DNA of 57,240 nucleotides from a virus (Duplodnaviria; Caudoviricetes): positions 1-57,240 of IMG/VR virus record IMGVR_UViG_3300046466_000088. One strand, 5' to 3'. The notes below the pieces were generated by a model. It searched no databases, was not told the DNA's origin, and saw only the letters and a program-made list of their open reading frames with translations. Positions 46,104 to 56,298 of this stretch are shown one piece after another. The position numbers were made by a program, and so were the translations under genes. The stretch's first letter is position 1. Each line of letters starts with the position of its first letter.

Positions 46104-48017
46104 TTAAATTATCTCACATGCACCTGCAGTACATGCAAGTTCTTTTGATGAGGTGGTTGTATCTTCTTTCTCATAGTTAGTTAAGTCCATCCAATTAATA
46201 TTCTTAGGAGTTTTAGCTAACCATTCTTTATAAGTATTCTCATTAACTTCTTGATAAGGTGCTTGTTTATATGAATGTTCAGAGTGTGGTAAGAATGAAA
46301 CACCACTCATCACGTCAAAGTTTTCATAAACCCATGCACCAACTTGTAACCACTCTTCTTCCTTTACATAAACTGTAATTGAAGGTTTGTGTTCGCACCA
46401 ATATAGTTGATAAGTTTTCCATATTTCTAGTTGTTCAATAGCAGACTTAGCATCTCTCATAATTGAACTCGTTGGAGACTTCATAGGAAAATAAATAACT
46501 TTAGTATCATTTGGTTTCATTACGTCATCTTCAGCATGAAATCCTTTATCTATCATCATGTCACATAAAGGGTCTTTCTTATCTGCTCTTACAGTTCTAA
46601 GATAGTAAGGTGAATAACGTGGGTGAATACCTGAAGCTGAATCAACTAATTGTGATACAGTTCCTGAAGGTTTCACACAAGTAATAGCAGTGGATTGATT
46701 AACTCCTAGCATTTCTGCCCACTTCTTATTTGTTTTAATTGAATGTTCTTTTAAATTAACTAACATATTTTTTAAAACTTGTTGATTAAATATATCACCT
46801 GCTAAAATTTTGTGGTCCATGATACCAGTTAATGAAACACCTAGTAATCTTTCTTCTTCAGTATTATCTTTCCATTGTTTAGTTAAATATCTAAAGTCTG
46901 ATAAAGTTGATTGAAGTGTACCAAAGATTGTAGCTATCTCTACCTTTTCTTTTAAAGTTTCTTCAGTGTCATCAGGTCTTACAACTACTTCAGATAGATT
47001 ACAGAATTGTTTATTTCGTAGAACTATTTCTGAACATGGATTAGTTCCAAAATCAAAGTCACCCTCTCTTCTACCTGAACGTGTTGCCATCTTTTGTGAT
47101 GCAACTCTATTAAAGATACCACGTTCACCTGACTTAGAATCATAAAGAGATACCCACTCCTTCATAAATGTACCTATGTCAGGCTTCTCAGTATAAGCTA
47201 CAGAGTTATTAGCATAACTTCTTTGTGGATTATTGTCCCACCATTGACCAGTCTTTGCATCTCTCATTCTAATGTCTGAAAGATTAGAAAGACTAATTAA
47301 AGCTGAACGTCTTACACCACCACAAACAACTACATCTGCAATCTTACATACAATATCGTGACATTCAATACTATTTAATTTTCTACCTTTAGCTTTTTGA
47401 AATGTTTCAATACTAAATTTAAATAAATCTCTTAATGGGTCAGGACCACTAGCACGTCCACCAAATGTTTTTAGTTTAGCACCTGCAGGTCTAACAAGGG
47501 ACACATCAAATTGTGGTATCTGTCCTGCATAAAGCATAGCAATAAGTTCTCTATAAGATTTTGCCCAACCTATTTTACTATCTCTAACTTTAATTACTGT
47601 TTCAGTAGTATGAAACTTCTCTGCAATATCAGGAAGTTTGTCAACGTATTGTCTCTCAACACTAAACCCTACACCAGTACCACACATAAGTATATACATT
47701 ATTTCATCAAAGGTTCTTACATTATCAATAGCAACATATGAACAGTTAAATCCTGCTACATTATCTTTATCTAAAGCAGGACCTGCAGTCATCAAGGCTC
47801 TCATTGAAGGCATAACTTTTAATGTAGTGATAGCATCAATCCATCTATCTCTTTCTTTTTTATCTAATTTTTTATTTGTTAGTTTCTCATAACGTCCTTG
47901 CATATAACTAACATATCGTTCAACAGTTTCACTCCATGTTTCTCTTCTGTTTTCTTTTTCAATCCATCTCGCATAACGAGAGATAGCAATATAGTTTTGG
48001 TATTCAGTTGGTAACAT
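46104..48017 (-). CDS. nrdJ: Class II (adenosylcobalamin-dependent) ribonucleotide reductase
   Basis: PSMR, FNCSY, GGVRRSA, TNPCSE, TCVKPSGT, C-terminal CTAGAC; no beta-subunit gene seen. Confidence 0.9.
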   Translation of the reverse strand: MLPTEYQNYIAISRYARWIEKENRRETWSETVERYVSYMQGRYEKLTNKKLDKKERDRWIDAITTLKVMPSMRALMTAGPALDKDNVAGFNCSYVAIDNVRTFDEIMYILMCGTGVGFSVERQYVDKLPDIAEKFHTTETVIKVRDSKIGWAKSYRELIAMLYAGQIPQFDVSLVRPAGAKLKTFGGRASGPDPLRDLFKFSIETFQKAKGRKLNSIECHDIVCKIADVVVCGGVRRSALISLSNLSDIRMRDAKTGQWWDNNPQRSYANNSVAYTEKPDIGTFMKEWVSLYDSKSGERGIFNRVASQKMATRSGRREGDFDFGTNPCSEIVLRNKQFCNLSEVVVRPDDTEETLKEKVEIATIFGTLQSTLSDFRYLTKQWKDNTEEERLLGVSLTGIMDHKILAGDIFNQQVLKNMLVNLKEHSIKTNKKWAEMLGVNQSTAITCVKPSGTVSQLVDSASGIHPRYSPYYLRTVRADKKDPLCDMMIDKGFHAEDDVMKPNDTKVIYFPMKSPTSSIMRDAKSAIEQLEIWKTYQLYWCEHKPSITVYVKEEEWLQVGAWVYENFDVMSGVSFLPHSEHSYKQAPYQEVNENTYKEWLAKTPKNINWMDLTNYEKEDTTTSSKELACTAGACEII

Positions 48018-48019
48018 AA

Positions 48020-48421
48020 TTATTTCCCCTTTTTATTTTTAAGTTTAATTCTATCATAACTATCCTTGTGAGTCAACAAAGCATTTATATGATTCCTCAC
48101 AAAGTTAGTTCTTTTAGATGTTAATATTTCCATAGCGACTCTCCTCATATAATTAGGTTCAATTTCTGCGAGGTCGCATATGTATTCAAAGTCTTCCTTT
48201 CGTTTACCATTGTTAGTAGTAAACCAAAGTATCGCTTCACGTTTATACTTATGACTTTCCAAGTCCTGAGTATCTTTTTGAGTAGCATCAAGTAATGCTT
48301 GTAGTATAACTGCAAGGAACAATGTTCTTTCAGCATCTGTTGAGATGCTAATATTCTTTTCAACTGTACGTAAAAAATTTTCATGTTGTTGCATTGTACC
48401 ATTGTTTAGGAATACCATCAC
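48020..48421 (-). CDS. Conserved hypothetical protein
   Basis: LFLAVILQALLD...A..WF...DF..ICDLA; start probably 48394. Confidence 0.65.
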   Translation of the reverse strand: MMVFLNNGTMQQHENFLRTVEKNISISTDAERTLFLAVILQALLDATQKDTQDLESHKYKREAILWFTTNNGKRKEDFEYICDLAEIEPNYMRRVAMEILTSKRTNFVRNHINALLTHKDSYDRIKLKNKKGK

Positions 48422-48752
48422 TTATTTTACAGTATTCAAAGTTATGTTTGTTACACCACCCTGCATAAGTCATAGTGCCACCTTTGTTTAATTTCTTATT
48501 AGGATTATCAAAAGCAAATCTAATTATAATATTAGGATTAGACTTTCTAAAAAACAAATGTTTCTTTCTCATCTCTATAGTTAATCTACCTTTGACTTCT
48601 ATATAAGAACCATTAGGTAATAAGAAGTCAGGGCAATAAGTTTTATTTTCAAACCATTCATAACTATATTTATTAGGTTCATATTTAACTTTAATCTTTT
48701 TATCTTTAAAAAATTTATAAACCTTTTCTTCTGAACCACTTCTAAACTTCAT
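48381..48752 (-). CDS. Endonuclease I / Holliday junction resolvase (T7 gp3-like)
   Basis: FRSG.E, YE, Y.PDFLLPNG..IEVKG, W..K..F. Confidence 0.9.
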   Translation of the reverse strand: MKFRSGSEEKVYKFFKDKKIKVKYEPNKYSYEWFENKTYCPDFLLPNGSYIEVKGRLTIEMRKKHLFFRKSNPNIIIRFAFDNPNKKLNKGGTMTYAGWCNKHNFEYCKISDGIPKQWYNATT

Positions 48753-48973
48753 TTAATATTCCTCATATGAAAATAGTTTCGTACATGTAAGCATGTAAAA
48801 ACAATACACATAATTAACATATAATAACTGTCAGATAATACTGACCACGTAATCCATATTATATTTGAAACCATACCATATAAGGGTGCATAGTTATCTT
48901 TATTACCATACACCCATACAGTAATCACTGCACTAATTGCAGCAAGTAATTCAAATAAACTAACCAATGTCAC
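48749..48973 (-). CDS. Small multi-pass membrane protein
   Basis: Three hydrophobic segments. Confidence 0.6.
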   Translation of the reverse strand: MTLVSLFELLAAISAVITVWVYGNKDNYAPLYGMVSNIIWITWSVLSDSYYMLIMCIVFTCLHVRNYFHMRNIK

Positions 48974-49808
48974 TTAATTGTACCTCATTTACATCAGGTT
49001 CTTTTACAACCTTGGTTAAGTATCTTGGTCCATTCGCATAGATAAATTTTCTAAGTCCTGTCCCACTATTAGCATCCTTCCAACAATTAACTTTATAAGC
49101 ACAGTAGGAACAGCCAACGTCAAGTTTACGATTACCACTAGCACCATCTGCAATATCGTCATAACACTTGCTAGGAACTGTATCACTTGTGACAACATTT
49201 TTAAGATGTAAGACCCTATCTTTCGCATTTATCATCTCCATATCGTGGACAGGCATTAAACATATACGTCCACTTTGTTTATCAATAGCAAGAAAAGCAC
49301 CACCCTTTTTATTCTGTGCATCAGCATAAGCTGATAACTGTGCAATGTAACCAAAAGGGTCATCCTTTAATAAGGAACGATTGGAAAACTTTTTAAATGA
49401 ATAAGCACTAGCTGATTTACAATCAGTAACAACACCATCAATCTCACAATCTTGATGTCCTAATATTCCTTCAATATTTAATTCTTTCTGTTCATTCTTT
49501 ACTTCATGCCCTGCAGTTTTAGCTAATAATAAAAGTAACTCTTCAAGTATATGACCATAAGTAAACTTTATCTTTGCCCATGCAGGTAACTTTTCTTTTG
49601 TTATATCTCTTGATTGATACCACACCTGTCTATCAGGTTTACCAATCTGAGACATTCTTAATTTATTATTCTCAGAACGTGTATTGAATAATTGTAATAC
49701 ACCTTCCTTTACTCTTTCAGCAAACAACTCCATATCTTTTTCACTAGGTTGTGTGCCATCAGTAATCGTCTGGTACATATCTTCAACTAAAGTATCAATA
49801 TTTTTCAT
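48960..49808 (-). CDS. PD-(D/E)XK (Cas4-like) exonuclease
   Basis: LRMSQIGK, GH..E, GHQD...DCKSAS, Y..Q...Y, CSYC...C. Confidence 0.8.
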   Translation of the reverse strand: MKNIDTLVEDMYQTITDGTQPSEKDMELFAERVKEGVLQLFNTRSENNKLRMSQIGKPDRQVWYQSRDITKEKLPAWAKIKFTYGHILEELLLLLAKTAGHEVKNEQKELNIEGILGHQDCEIDGVVTDCKSASAYSFKKFSNRSLLKDDPFGYIAQLSAYADAQNKKGGAFLAIDKQSGRICLMPVHDMEMINAKDRVLHLKNVVTSDTVPSKCYDDIADGASGNRKLDVGCSYCAYKVNCWKDANSGTGLRKFIYANGPRYLTKVVKEPDVNEVQLSDIG

Positions 49809-49809
49809 A

Positions 49810-49846
49810 GAAAAAAATAGGGGTGAGTTATTAACTACACCCCCAT
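49810..49846 (-). terminator. Terminator after the SSB gene
   Basis: Minus strand GGGGTG...CACCCC followed by TATTTTTTT. Confidence 0.65.
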
Positions 49847-49865
49847 CTCCTTATTAAGGTTAAGG

Positions 49866-50351
49866 TTAAGCAGGTACTTCTGCAAACTCTGAAGTTGAAG
49901 TATCTGCATTAGATGCAGAAGGAATCTCTTCAAATTCACTCGCAGTTGAACTACCACCTTCATAGGCAACTAGGTTTACAACCTGAATAGCTTGTAAGTC
50001 AGCACTCTTTCCACTTCTACCAGTTGGTTTATGAGTCCACTCGTAAGTTTTATATAAAACATTTACGTCTGAACCATTACCAATCAAAGTATTTTGAAGT
50101 GGACGTTTCATACCATCCATTACATCAGGTGCTTTGTTAGGGTTACCATCTTTTCTTTTAGCTTTTCTTTTGATGGTTACAAAGTCTCCTCTCTCGTCAC
50201 CTTTGTTTTTAATAGATAGACCTTCAGCTTCAGCTAATTTTTTATTATTAGCATCAACTGCTATGTCTACAGAATAGACACCATCTTCATCAAACGTAGT
50301 GTTTGGTGATACAACTGATGCCCAGTAGGCTTTACCATTTAATATTGGCAT
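49866..50351 (-). CDS. Single-stranded DNA-binding protein (T7 gp2.5-like)
   Basis: IGNGS.V.V, L.AIQV..LV.Y, acidic tail; position in the replication module. Confidence 0.75.
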   Translation of the reverse strand: MPILNGKAYWASVVSPNTTFDEDGVYSVDIAVDANNKKLAEAEGLSIKNKGDERGDFVTIKRKAKRKDGNPNKAPDVMDGMKRPLQNTLIGNGSDVNVLYKTYEWTHKPTGRSGKSADLQAIQVVNLVAYEGGSSTASEFEEIPSASNADTSTSEFAEVPA

Positions 50352-50413
50352 ATGTTTACTCCTTCTTTAAGGTTATTATATTTTCGTATTAACTACGAAT
50401 ATCTCAGTATATA

Positions 50414-50443
50414 ATTATAATCTATAACTATATGCTTTGTCAA
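50414..50443 (-). promoter_or_regulatory. Sigma70-type promoter for SSB
   Basis: TTGACA-18 bp-TATAAT. Confidence 0.6.
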
Positions 50444-50466
50444 CACATATTAAAAATAAATTTTAA

Positions 50467-52167
50467 TTAATGTGTATCTGCCCAGCTAGAGCCAGTTTTA
50501 AACTCTGCATCTAGTGGACAATTAAGGTTGAGTTGTTCAGTTGTTTCTTTGATTGCCAACTTCACAATCTCTCCCATACTTTGTATGTCATTCTTGTTTA
50601 CTTCAAACTGATACTCGTCATGTATTGAAGCTACAAGTTTAACATCCAAACCTTTTGTGCGTACATGTTTAATCATGTTACGCAACCATACTTTACAAGC
50701 GATAGCACCTGCACCTTGTATGATTGTATTAACTGCTTTATGTGGTGACCTAACATTAAAGAGTCTACCATCTAAACCTTTTACTTTACCTGACTGAGCA
50801 GCTTCTTCTACTTGACTTCTAAAAGATTTCAGTCGTGGTAACTCAGATAAAAATTTATCTATAAGTTGTTTACCAACTGCCATATCTTTTGAGCCAACTA
50901 TTTGTGCAATCTTTTTTGCACCTGCTCCAAACAGAAAAGCATATATAAATGTTTTAGCTTGGTCTCTATCTGATAGTCCTGCCATATTCATATTCTTTGT
51001 ATGTATATCACCATTCAATATCTCATGTGTATATTCAGATGTGTTAATGTAATGTGCTAACATTCTTAACTCTAGTCCTGAAGCATCAGTACCAAAGATA
51101 ACATGAGTATCAGGCTTATCAGTTGTCCATACTTCTCTACACTCTTTACCATAAGGTGAATATGTAGCAGGTATCTGAGCCATGTTTGGCGAGTGATGAC
51201 TCATTCTACCTGATACACAACGCAAAGTAAGGACACGACCATGCACTCTTCCAGTGGTTTGATTAACAACATCAAGCCAAGAAGAGATTTGAGACGTTCT
51301 CTTTTTTAATAATAAATATTTAGCTATTAATTTAGCTTCAGCTATGTTATCTATCTTTGACAACACACTCTCATCTACAATAGGTGAACCTTTATCAGTA
51401 AACTTATTTGGTTTCCAACCTAACTTCATAAGTCTTTCAGCTATTTGTTTACGAGACGCAAGATTAAACTCTTGATAACTAACCTTAGTAAAAGGTACAC
51501 CCTTTACATACCCACGAGATTTGTTATTTACTTTAGGTAAGAACTCTTCCTCAATCTTTAATGGTGGAAAAGTTTTATGTACTTCTTTTTCTAACTCTTC
51601 AGCTTTATCTTCAAGCATTGCATGTAGACCACTAGCTTTTTGTTGGTCTAAGTAGAATCCATTGTCTTCTTGTTTAGAAACAATGGAACGTATATCATGC
51701 TCAAGTCTCAAAGAATAATTTGAAAATCTTTTACCCTCAAGTTTTAAATGATTGTAAACTTTATGTGTTAATTCAACATCACGTCTGCAATAAGTAAGCA
51801 TCTCTTCACTAAACTCAGAGAAGTTATTGAACTCAAGTTTATTGAATCCAAATCTTTTACCCCAGGAATCTAATGAGTGTCCATTCTCACGTTCAGGATT
51901 GTATAGCTGAGACATAATTAAAGTATCTTCAATCTGTCCAATAGTAATCTTTGTACCTGTCAATCTATTTAATACTGGTGCGTCAAAGCCTATACCATTA
52001 TGCATAATAATTTTATCTGCATGTTTGTTTATAAACGCAGGAAACTTATCATAACAATCGCTACCAACAAAAGCATAGTTATCATTTGTCTCCATATTTC
52101 TAGCGACAATACAATGTATCTTTGTTGCATCTAGTGAATCTGTTTCTATGTCAACTACTAAATTCAT
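50467..52167 (-). CDS. polA: Family A DNA polymerase with 3'-5' exonuclease
   Basis: DIET, HNGIGFD, YCRRD; DASGLELR, RDQAKTFIYA, IHDE. Confidence 0.95.
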   Translation of the reverse strand: MNLVVDIETDSLDATKIHCIVARNMETNDNYAFVGSDCYDKFPAFINKHADKIIMHNGIGFDAPVLNRLTGTKITIGQIEDTLIMSQLYNPERENGHSLDSWGKRFGFNKLEFNNFSEFSEEMLTYCRRDVELTHKVYNHLKLEGKRFSNYSLRLEHDIRSIVSKQEDNGFYLDQQKASGLHAMLEDKAEELEKEVHKTFPPLKIEEEFLPKVNNKSRGYVKGVPFTKVSYQEFNLASRKQIAERLMKLGWKPNKFTDKGSPIVDESVLSKIDNIAEAKLIAKYLLLKKRTSQISSWLDVVNQTTGRVHGRVLTLRCVSGRMSHHSPNMAQIPATYSPYGKECREVWTTDKPDTHVIFGTDASGLELRMLAHYINTSEYTHEILNGDIHTKNMNMAGLSDRDQAKTFIYAFLFGAGAKKIAQIVGSKDMAVGKQLIDKFLSELPRLKSFRSQVEEAAQSGKVKGLDGRLFNVRSPHKAVNTIIQGAGAIACKVWLRNMIKHVRTKGLDVKLVASIHDEYQFEVNKNDIQSMGEIVKLAIKETTEQLNLNCPLDAEFKTGSSWADTH

Positions 52168-52577
52168 TATAAACTAATATACTCCTTAATCGTTTTTAAG
52201 TCAAATAGTTTTTGCAAACTAATTAAATACATTCGTGATGCGTTATGGTCACCACCATTTACAGATACTTTTCTTTCCAAAGAATCTATTATCTTTTTTA
52301 GATTCTCAGTTTTGAATACTAACGTGGCATATACATCTTCACCTACACATAGATTATGAAACCAATAGTCAGCTTCAGTTGCATTGATGCCTGAAGGTTT
52401 ACCATAACATTCATATTCAATAGCTATGTTACCAGTTCTTTTCCAAACATCACGTTCAGATTTAACTTCAATCTTTTTATCTTGAAGCATATCTTTAATT
52501 AAGTCTTCTCTGACTTTGCCATAAGCTAAATCAATATCAAACTTCTTTCTGTCTTTACTCTTGGGTTTCAAACTCAT
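52167..52577 (-). CDS. Hypothetical nuclease-like protein
   Basis: FDIDL..G...IEVK.ER...TGNIAIEY...PSGI..T.ADYW. Confidence 0.55.
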   Translation of the reverse strand: MSLKPKSKDRKKFDIDLAYGKVREDLIKDMLQDKKIEVKSERDVWKRTGNIAIEYECYGKPSGINATEADYWFHNLCVGEDVYATLVFKTENLKKIIDSLERKVSVNGGDHNASRMYLISLQKLFDLKTIKEYISL

Positions 52578-54198
52578 CTGCGTTCTCCTTAAAAGGGTTA
52601 TCTATTTCAGTCATCCTACCATTCTCAGTAGAATAAAGTAAGTAAGAACCTACCCCAGTAGTTCCTGCATATCTATTTTTAAGTACACGAATAGTGGAAG
52701 TATTCTTTGCAATCTCATCATCATCTTGTTGGTTTCTTTCCATACCAATCACTGCGTCAGATAACTGTGCGATTGAATGTGAACCACGCAAGTGTGATAA
52801 AGATACTTGTTTACCTTCTTCATGTCCTTTATCATTATCAAGTCTACGTAAGTGACAAGCTAATAACATACCTATCTTAGACTCATGACATAAGCTACGA
52901 AGTTTAGTCATAAGAATATCAATAGCTTTTCTTTCATTACCATCATCTCTTCCTGATATAATTAAACTTAGATGGTCAACGAATACCCACTTACAATCAC
53001 AACCTTTAGCCATATAACGAATACGATTGATAACATCATCATCATCCATAGAACCAAAGTGGTCAAACAAAACTAAACGTCTATCACCTCTGAGTTCTTC
53101 AGACCATTTCTTTAATTCAGATGGTTCTTGTTTCTTCCACTCTTCAGGCTTATGTAGTTCTTTGTTTGCATGTATGCCTACCAAACCTCTGAATGTTCTT
53201 TTCTTTTCTTCTTCCAAAAACAAAAGACCAATCTTATCTTCAGTAGTTTTCCATATGTGATATACAAGTTCACGAAGTAAACTTGACTTACCCATACCAG
53301 TACCTGATGTAAGTGTAACTAGTTCACCAACACGCATACCATATAACTTATTGTTTAATCCTTGATAAGGATAGGGAACAGAGTCAACATCATCCTCTAC
53401 CCATAAGTCATCAACGACATCATCATACGTTACAATACCTGCAGGTGTATAGGGTTTAGCATCCCACCAAGTACGAGTAAACTGCTCACGTTTACCTGCC
53501 TTTAAATACTCATTAGCATCTTTCAATTCAAGATTAACTACCTTACATTTATTAGGTGGAAATATCTCTGATACTTTGTTAGCAGTTTCTCTACCAATGC
53601 TATCGCTATCAAAACATATCACAATATTCTCAAAGCTATTTAAGTATTCAAAGTTTTGTTTACAATCTCTGACTGCTGAAGCTACACCATTCTTAATAGA
53701 CACAGTAGCATAACGACTACCAGTCATTTGAAAGACTGCCATAGCATCACACTCACCTTCAGTAATTGTAATGTACTTCTGTCCACTTGTAAACAAATGT
53801 TGTCCAAACAATTCAGACTCAGCAAAGTTACCTTGAGTTGTAAAAACTTTAGGCAATGCTCTAATCTTATTAGCAATATGCTTACCTTGTGCATTATAAA
53901 ATGGATAGATATGTTTTGTTATCATTCCATTATTAGCTAGTGTCGTTACTCCAAATTTACTGGCAGTTTCTTGAGAGATATTTCTATCTTTCAATTCAGT
54001 CCTATCACCAACGTACAAGTCAGAATAACTATTACTATTATTTATAATAGGTGTTACTTCCACTCCTTCTCCTTTCTCATAATATCCACAGTCAGGTGTA
54101 AAGCAATGAGCACCATCAGTATAACGTGCTAGATTATTCTTACTACCACATTTAGGGCATTGTTCATGCCTAATAAATTTACTCTCCATCTTTAACAT
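52555..54198 (-). CDS. T7 gp4-like primase-helicase
   Basis: CPKC...C..DC zinc finger, EGECD TOPRIM, SGTGMGKS, VDHL, LRGS..IAQLSD, KNR. Confidence 0.95.
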   Translation of the reverse strand: MLKMESKFIRHEQCPKCGSKNNLARYTDGAHCFTPDCGYYEKGEGVEVTPIINNSNSYSDLYVGDRTELKDRNISQETASKFGVTTLANNGMITKHIYPFYNAQGKHIANKIRALPKVFTTQGNFAESELFGQHLFTSGQKYITITEGECDAMAVFQMTGSRYATVSIKNGVASAVRDCKQNFEYLNSFENIVICFDSDSIGRETANKVSEIFPPNKCKVVNLELKDANEYLKAGKREQFTRTWWDAKPYTPAGIVTYDDVVDDLWVEDDVDSVPYPYQGLNNKLYGMRVGELVTLTSGTGMGKSSLLRELVYHIWKTTEDKIGLLFLEEEKKRTFRGLVGIHANKELHKPEEWKKQEPSELKKWSEELRGDRRLVLFDHFGSMDDDDVINRIRYMAKGCDCKWVFVDHLSLIISGRDDGNERKAIDILMTKLRSLCHESKIGMLLACHLRRLDNDKGHEEGKQVSLSHLRGSHSIAQLSDAVIGMERNQQDDDEIAKNTSTIRVLKNRYAGTTGVGSYLLYSTENGRMTEIDNPFKENADEFETQE

Positions 54199-54206
54199 TT
54201 AACCCC

Positions 54207-54515
54207 CTAATGTAGTTTGTTATTATTATTTTTATCGTACATAAACTCAAAGATTTCATCACCTTCAGTTAATGACTCTCCCATATCTAATGCTATGAGT
54301 TCTTGAGCAGTATCATTTAATGCATTCTGCATTGTAAGAAAACCATAGTAATCTTTTTCAGCTTTAGTTATAGCTGTAATGGATAATGCTCTAGCCATTA
54401 GGTACACAGTTTCAGGTGAATCATATTTCATTATTAACTCCATAATTATTTTATGGATAGCCATAACTACTTCTTCACGTTCCTTTATTGTTAATTTCTT
54501 TAATTCCACTATCAA
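54207..54515 (-). CDS. Hypothetical protein
   Basis: ORF track; packing. Confidence 0.55.
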   Translation of the reverse strand: MIVELKKLTIKEREEVVMAIHKIIMELIMKYDSPETVYLMARALSITAITKAEKDYYGFLTMQNALNDTAQELIALDMGESLTEGDEIFEFMYDKNNNNKLH

Positions 54516-54640
54516 CTCCTTCCATTAGTTCAACAAATCCATTGATGTCTTCCAGGGAAACTTGTTTAATATTTGTTTCACCAGTTATAGTTAATATATT
54601 ATCTACAATAGATGTTGGTATTTCTTTATGTGTTTTAAAT

Positions 54641-54985
54641 TTAGTTATCATCTTCTCCTCCTTCCTTAAAACCTTCCATTATTATCTGTCTTGATTTTAA
54701 GTCCCTAGTATGAATTATATTTATAAGTTTGTCAAGATACCATTGTGCTTTTTTTAAATCTTCCAAAGGTTTTCCTTTATAATCATACCTCCAAAGATAC
54801 TTTATAACATTTGCTTTTAAGTAACCAACAAACTCTTTGTCTGACATTGATGCTTTGATACCATCAATACATTCAATGCCATCTTTGTTATAATGTCTTG
54901 GGTTGTTTACATTATCGTAATTTTTTATAGACGTGTCCATATTCTTTATCCTTTCTTTTATCACCAAACTCTTTTGGTGTATCAC
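54641..54985 (-). CDS. DUF3310-type protein (T7 gp1.7 nucleotide-kinase-like)
   Basis: VNNPRHY...IECID...N..KY.WR...K...EDL.KA.WYL; start probably 54940. Confidence 0.8.
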   Translation of the reverse strand: MIHQKSLVIKERIKNMDTSIKNYDNVNNPRHYNKDGIECIDGIKASMSDKEFVGYLKANVIKYLWRYDYKGKPLEDLKKAQWYLDKLINIIHTRDLKSRQIIMEGFKEGGEDDN

Positions 54986-55136
54986 ACTTAACTGCCTTTA
55001 CTTTATAAGGTGGTTTTGTTTTTTCATAAATTTTCATTACAGTTTTCTCACAGTTATCATATAACCTAGGTAAAACTTTTTGATAAATTTTATTATTGTA
55101 TTCTATCCATACAGTTACTAAAAAATATGTAAACAT
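54912..55136 (-). CDS. Hypothetical protein
   Basis: Likely start MFTYFLV inside ORF 54912-55214. Confidence 0.5.
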   Translation of the reverse strand: MFTYFLVTVWIEYNNKIYQKVLPRLYDNCEKTVMKIYEKTKPPYKVKAVKCDTPKEFGDKRKDKEYGHVYKKLR

Positions 55137-55137
55137 A

Positions 55138-55428
55138 TTATCTAATCTCCATTGGCATTGATACAACACATTTTCTTTCCTGCACTGGTATGTACTTAGG
55201 GTCAACTGGTACACCTTTAATAAATTTCTGCCTTATCATATGATGCTCCACTCCAATACACATATATCCTGATGAGCTAAGTTTACTTCTATCAATATCT
55301 CTTTTAAGATATTCTTCTTCAGCTATCTCTTCAGCATTATCACAGCTAGGTAATTCTCTGACGAATAGTTCTACCTCACCAACTGGTGAAGCAAAAGTTA
55401 AATACAATGCAAACATTTCTTTTATCAT
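55138..55428 (-). CDS. Hypothetical protein
   Basis: ORF track. Confidence 0.55.
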   Translation of the reverse strand: MIKEMFALYLTFASPVGEVELFVRELPSCDNAEEIAEEEYLKRDIDRSKLSSSGYMCIGVEHHMIRQKFIKGVPVDPKYIPVQERKCVVSMPMEIR

Positions 55429-55640
55429 TTATCTAGTTCCTTTCTTACACACTTTTGTTTATAATATACATTACCCAAGAGTGTGAGGCTTGGGTTCTGT
55501 GGCTCTGGTTTTTTCTTACCAACGTACTCCCATACACAAGTCATAGCCTTGTTATTGTTTGCACGTTGGTGAAAAAAATCAAAGTTATCAAGGGTATAGA
55601 TGTTAAATACTATACCAAGTATTAGTGTTTCAATTCCCAT
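55425..55640 (-). CDS. Hypothetical protein
   Basis: AGGAG RBS. Confidence 0.55.
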   Translation of the reverse strand: MGIETLILGIVFNIYTLDNFDFFHQRANNNKAMTCVWEYVGKKKPEPQNPSLTLLGNVYYKQKCVRKELDK

Positions 55641-55738
55641 TAAAATAATCTCCTATAAAATATAATATTGTAAATAAAAATATACCCATCATAAATCCAA
55701 ATAGGATTTGTAATATAAACCATAATGCTCTGTCAACT

Positions 55739-56158
55739 TTAGTAGACATAAACAACTTGTGGTAAAGGTGTATAATCTATTCTTCTATCAAGGTGTATGA
55801 ATGTTCTTGCTACACCTACAGTCCAACCTAAGTCTATTGCTCTCTTAACTAAGTCTTTTCTAAAGACTGAATTAGGTATGGCAATGTCAACTGCACACGT
55901 ATCTGTGTCCCATTTATCATTACCTATTTTATGAAATGAGTTAGGACTTGCAGGATAGCCACGACTTTTTAACCAGTCATTATGTTCTTGTGAACGACAA
56001 CAAGAAGTTATCTGTAATGGTTCTCCAACATTCTCTCTTAAATTTATAAGACAATTTAAAAATCCTTCAGCTAAAACTATATCCTTTGAAGTAGGACATT
56101 GTAATTCTTTTTCACTAAAGTATTTATTATCATAATAGTTTAATCTTTGTGACATCAT
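55739..56158 (-). CDS. Peptidase M15A endolysin
   Basis: ITSCCR...HN...S.H...AVDI...FIHLD zinc ligands. Confidence 0.85.
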   Translation of the reverse strand: MMSQRLNYYDNKYFSEKELQCPTSKDIVLAEGFLNCLINLRENVGEPLQITSCCRSQEHNDWLKSRGYPASPNSFHKIGNDKWDTDTCAVDIAIPNSVFRKDLVKRAIDLGWTVGVARTFIHLDRRIDYTPLPQVVYVY

Positions 56159-56298
56159 TTATCTCCTTTCTTATCTTTGTCATTAAGTTCTTTAATTCTT
56201 TTATAAGAATTATATAGTTGTTTATTTAGTTCTTGTATTTCTCTTTCATACAATTCACTTTTTTTCATTCACATTATCTCCTTTCTTCTTATGTAAAT

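Noticed and set aside
48960-49808. Cas4 of a CRISPR system
   Set aside because: Sits in the replication module as a stand-alone exonuclease and lacks the N-terminal Cys of the Cas4 cluster motif
50467-52167. HMO-2011-type polymerase with DnaJ insertion
   Set aside because: No CxxCxGxG repeats; the protein is compact at 566 aa
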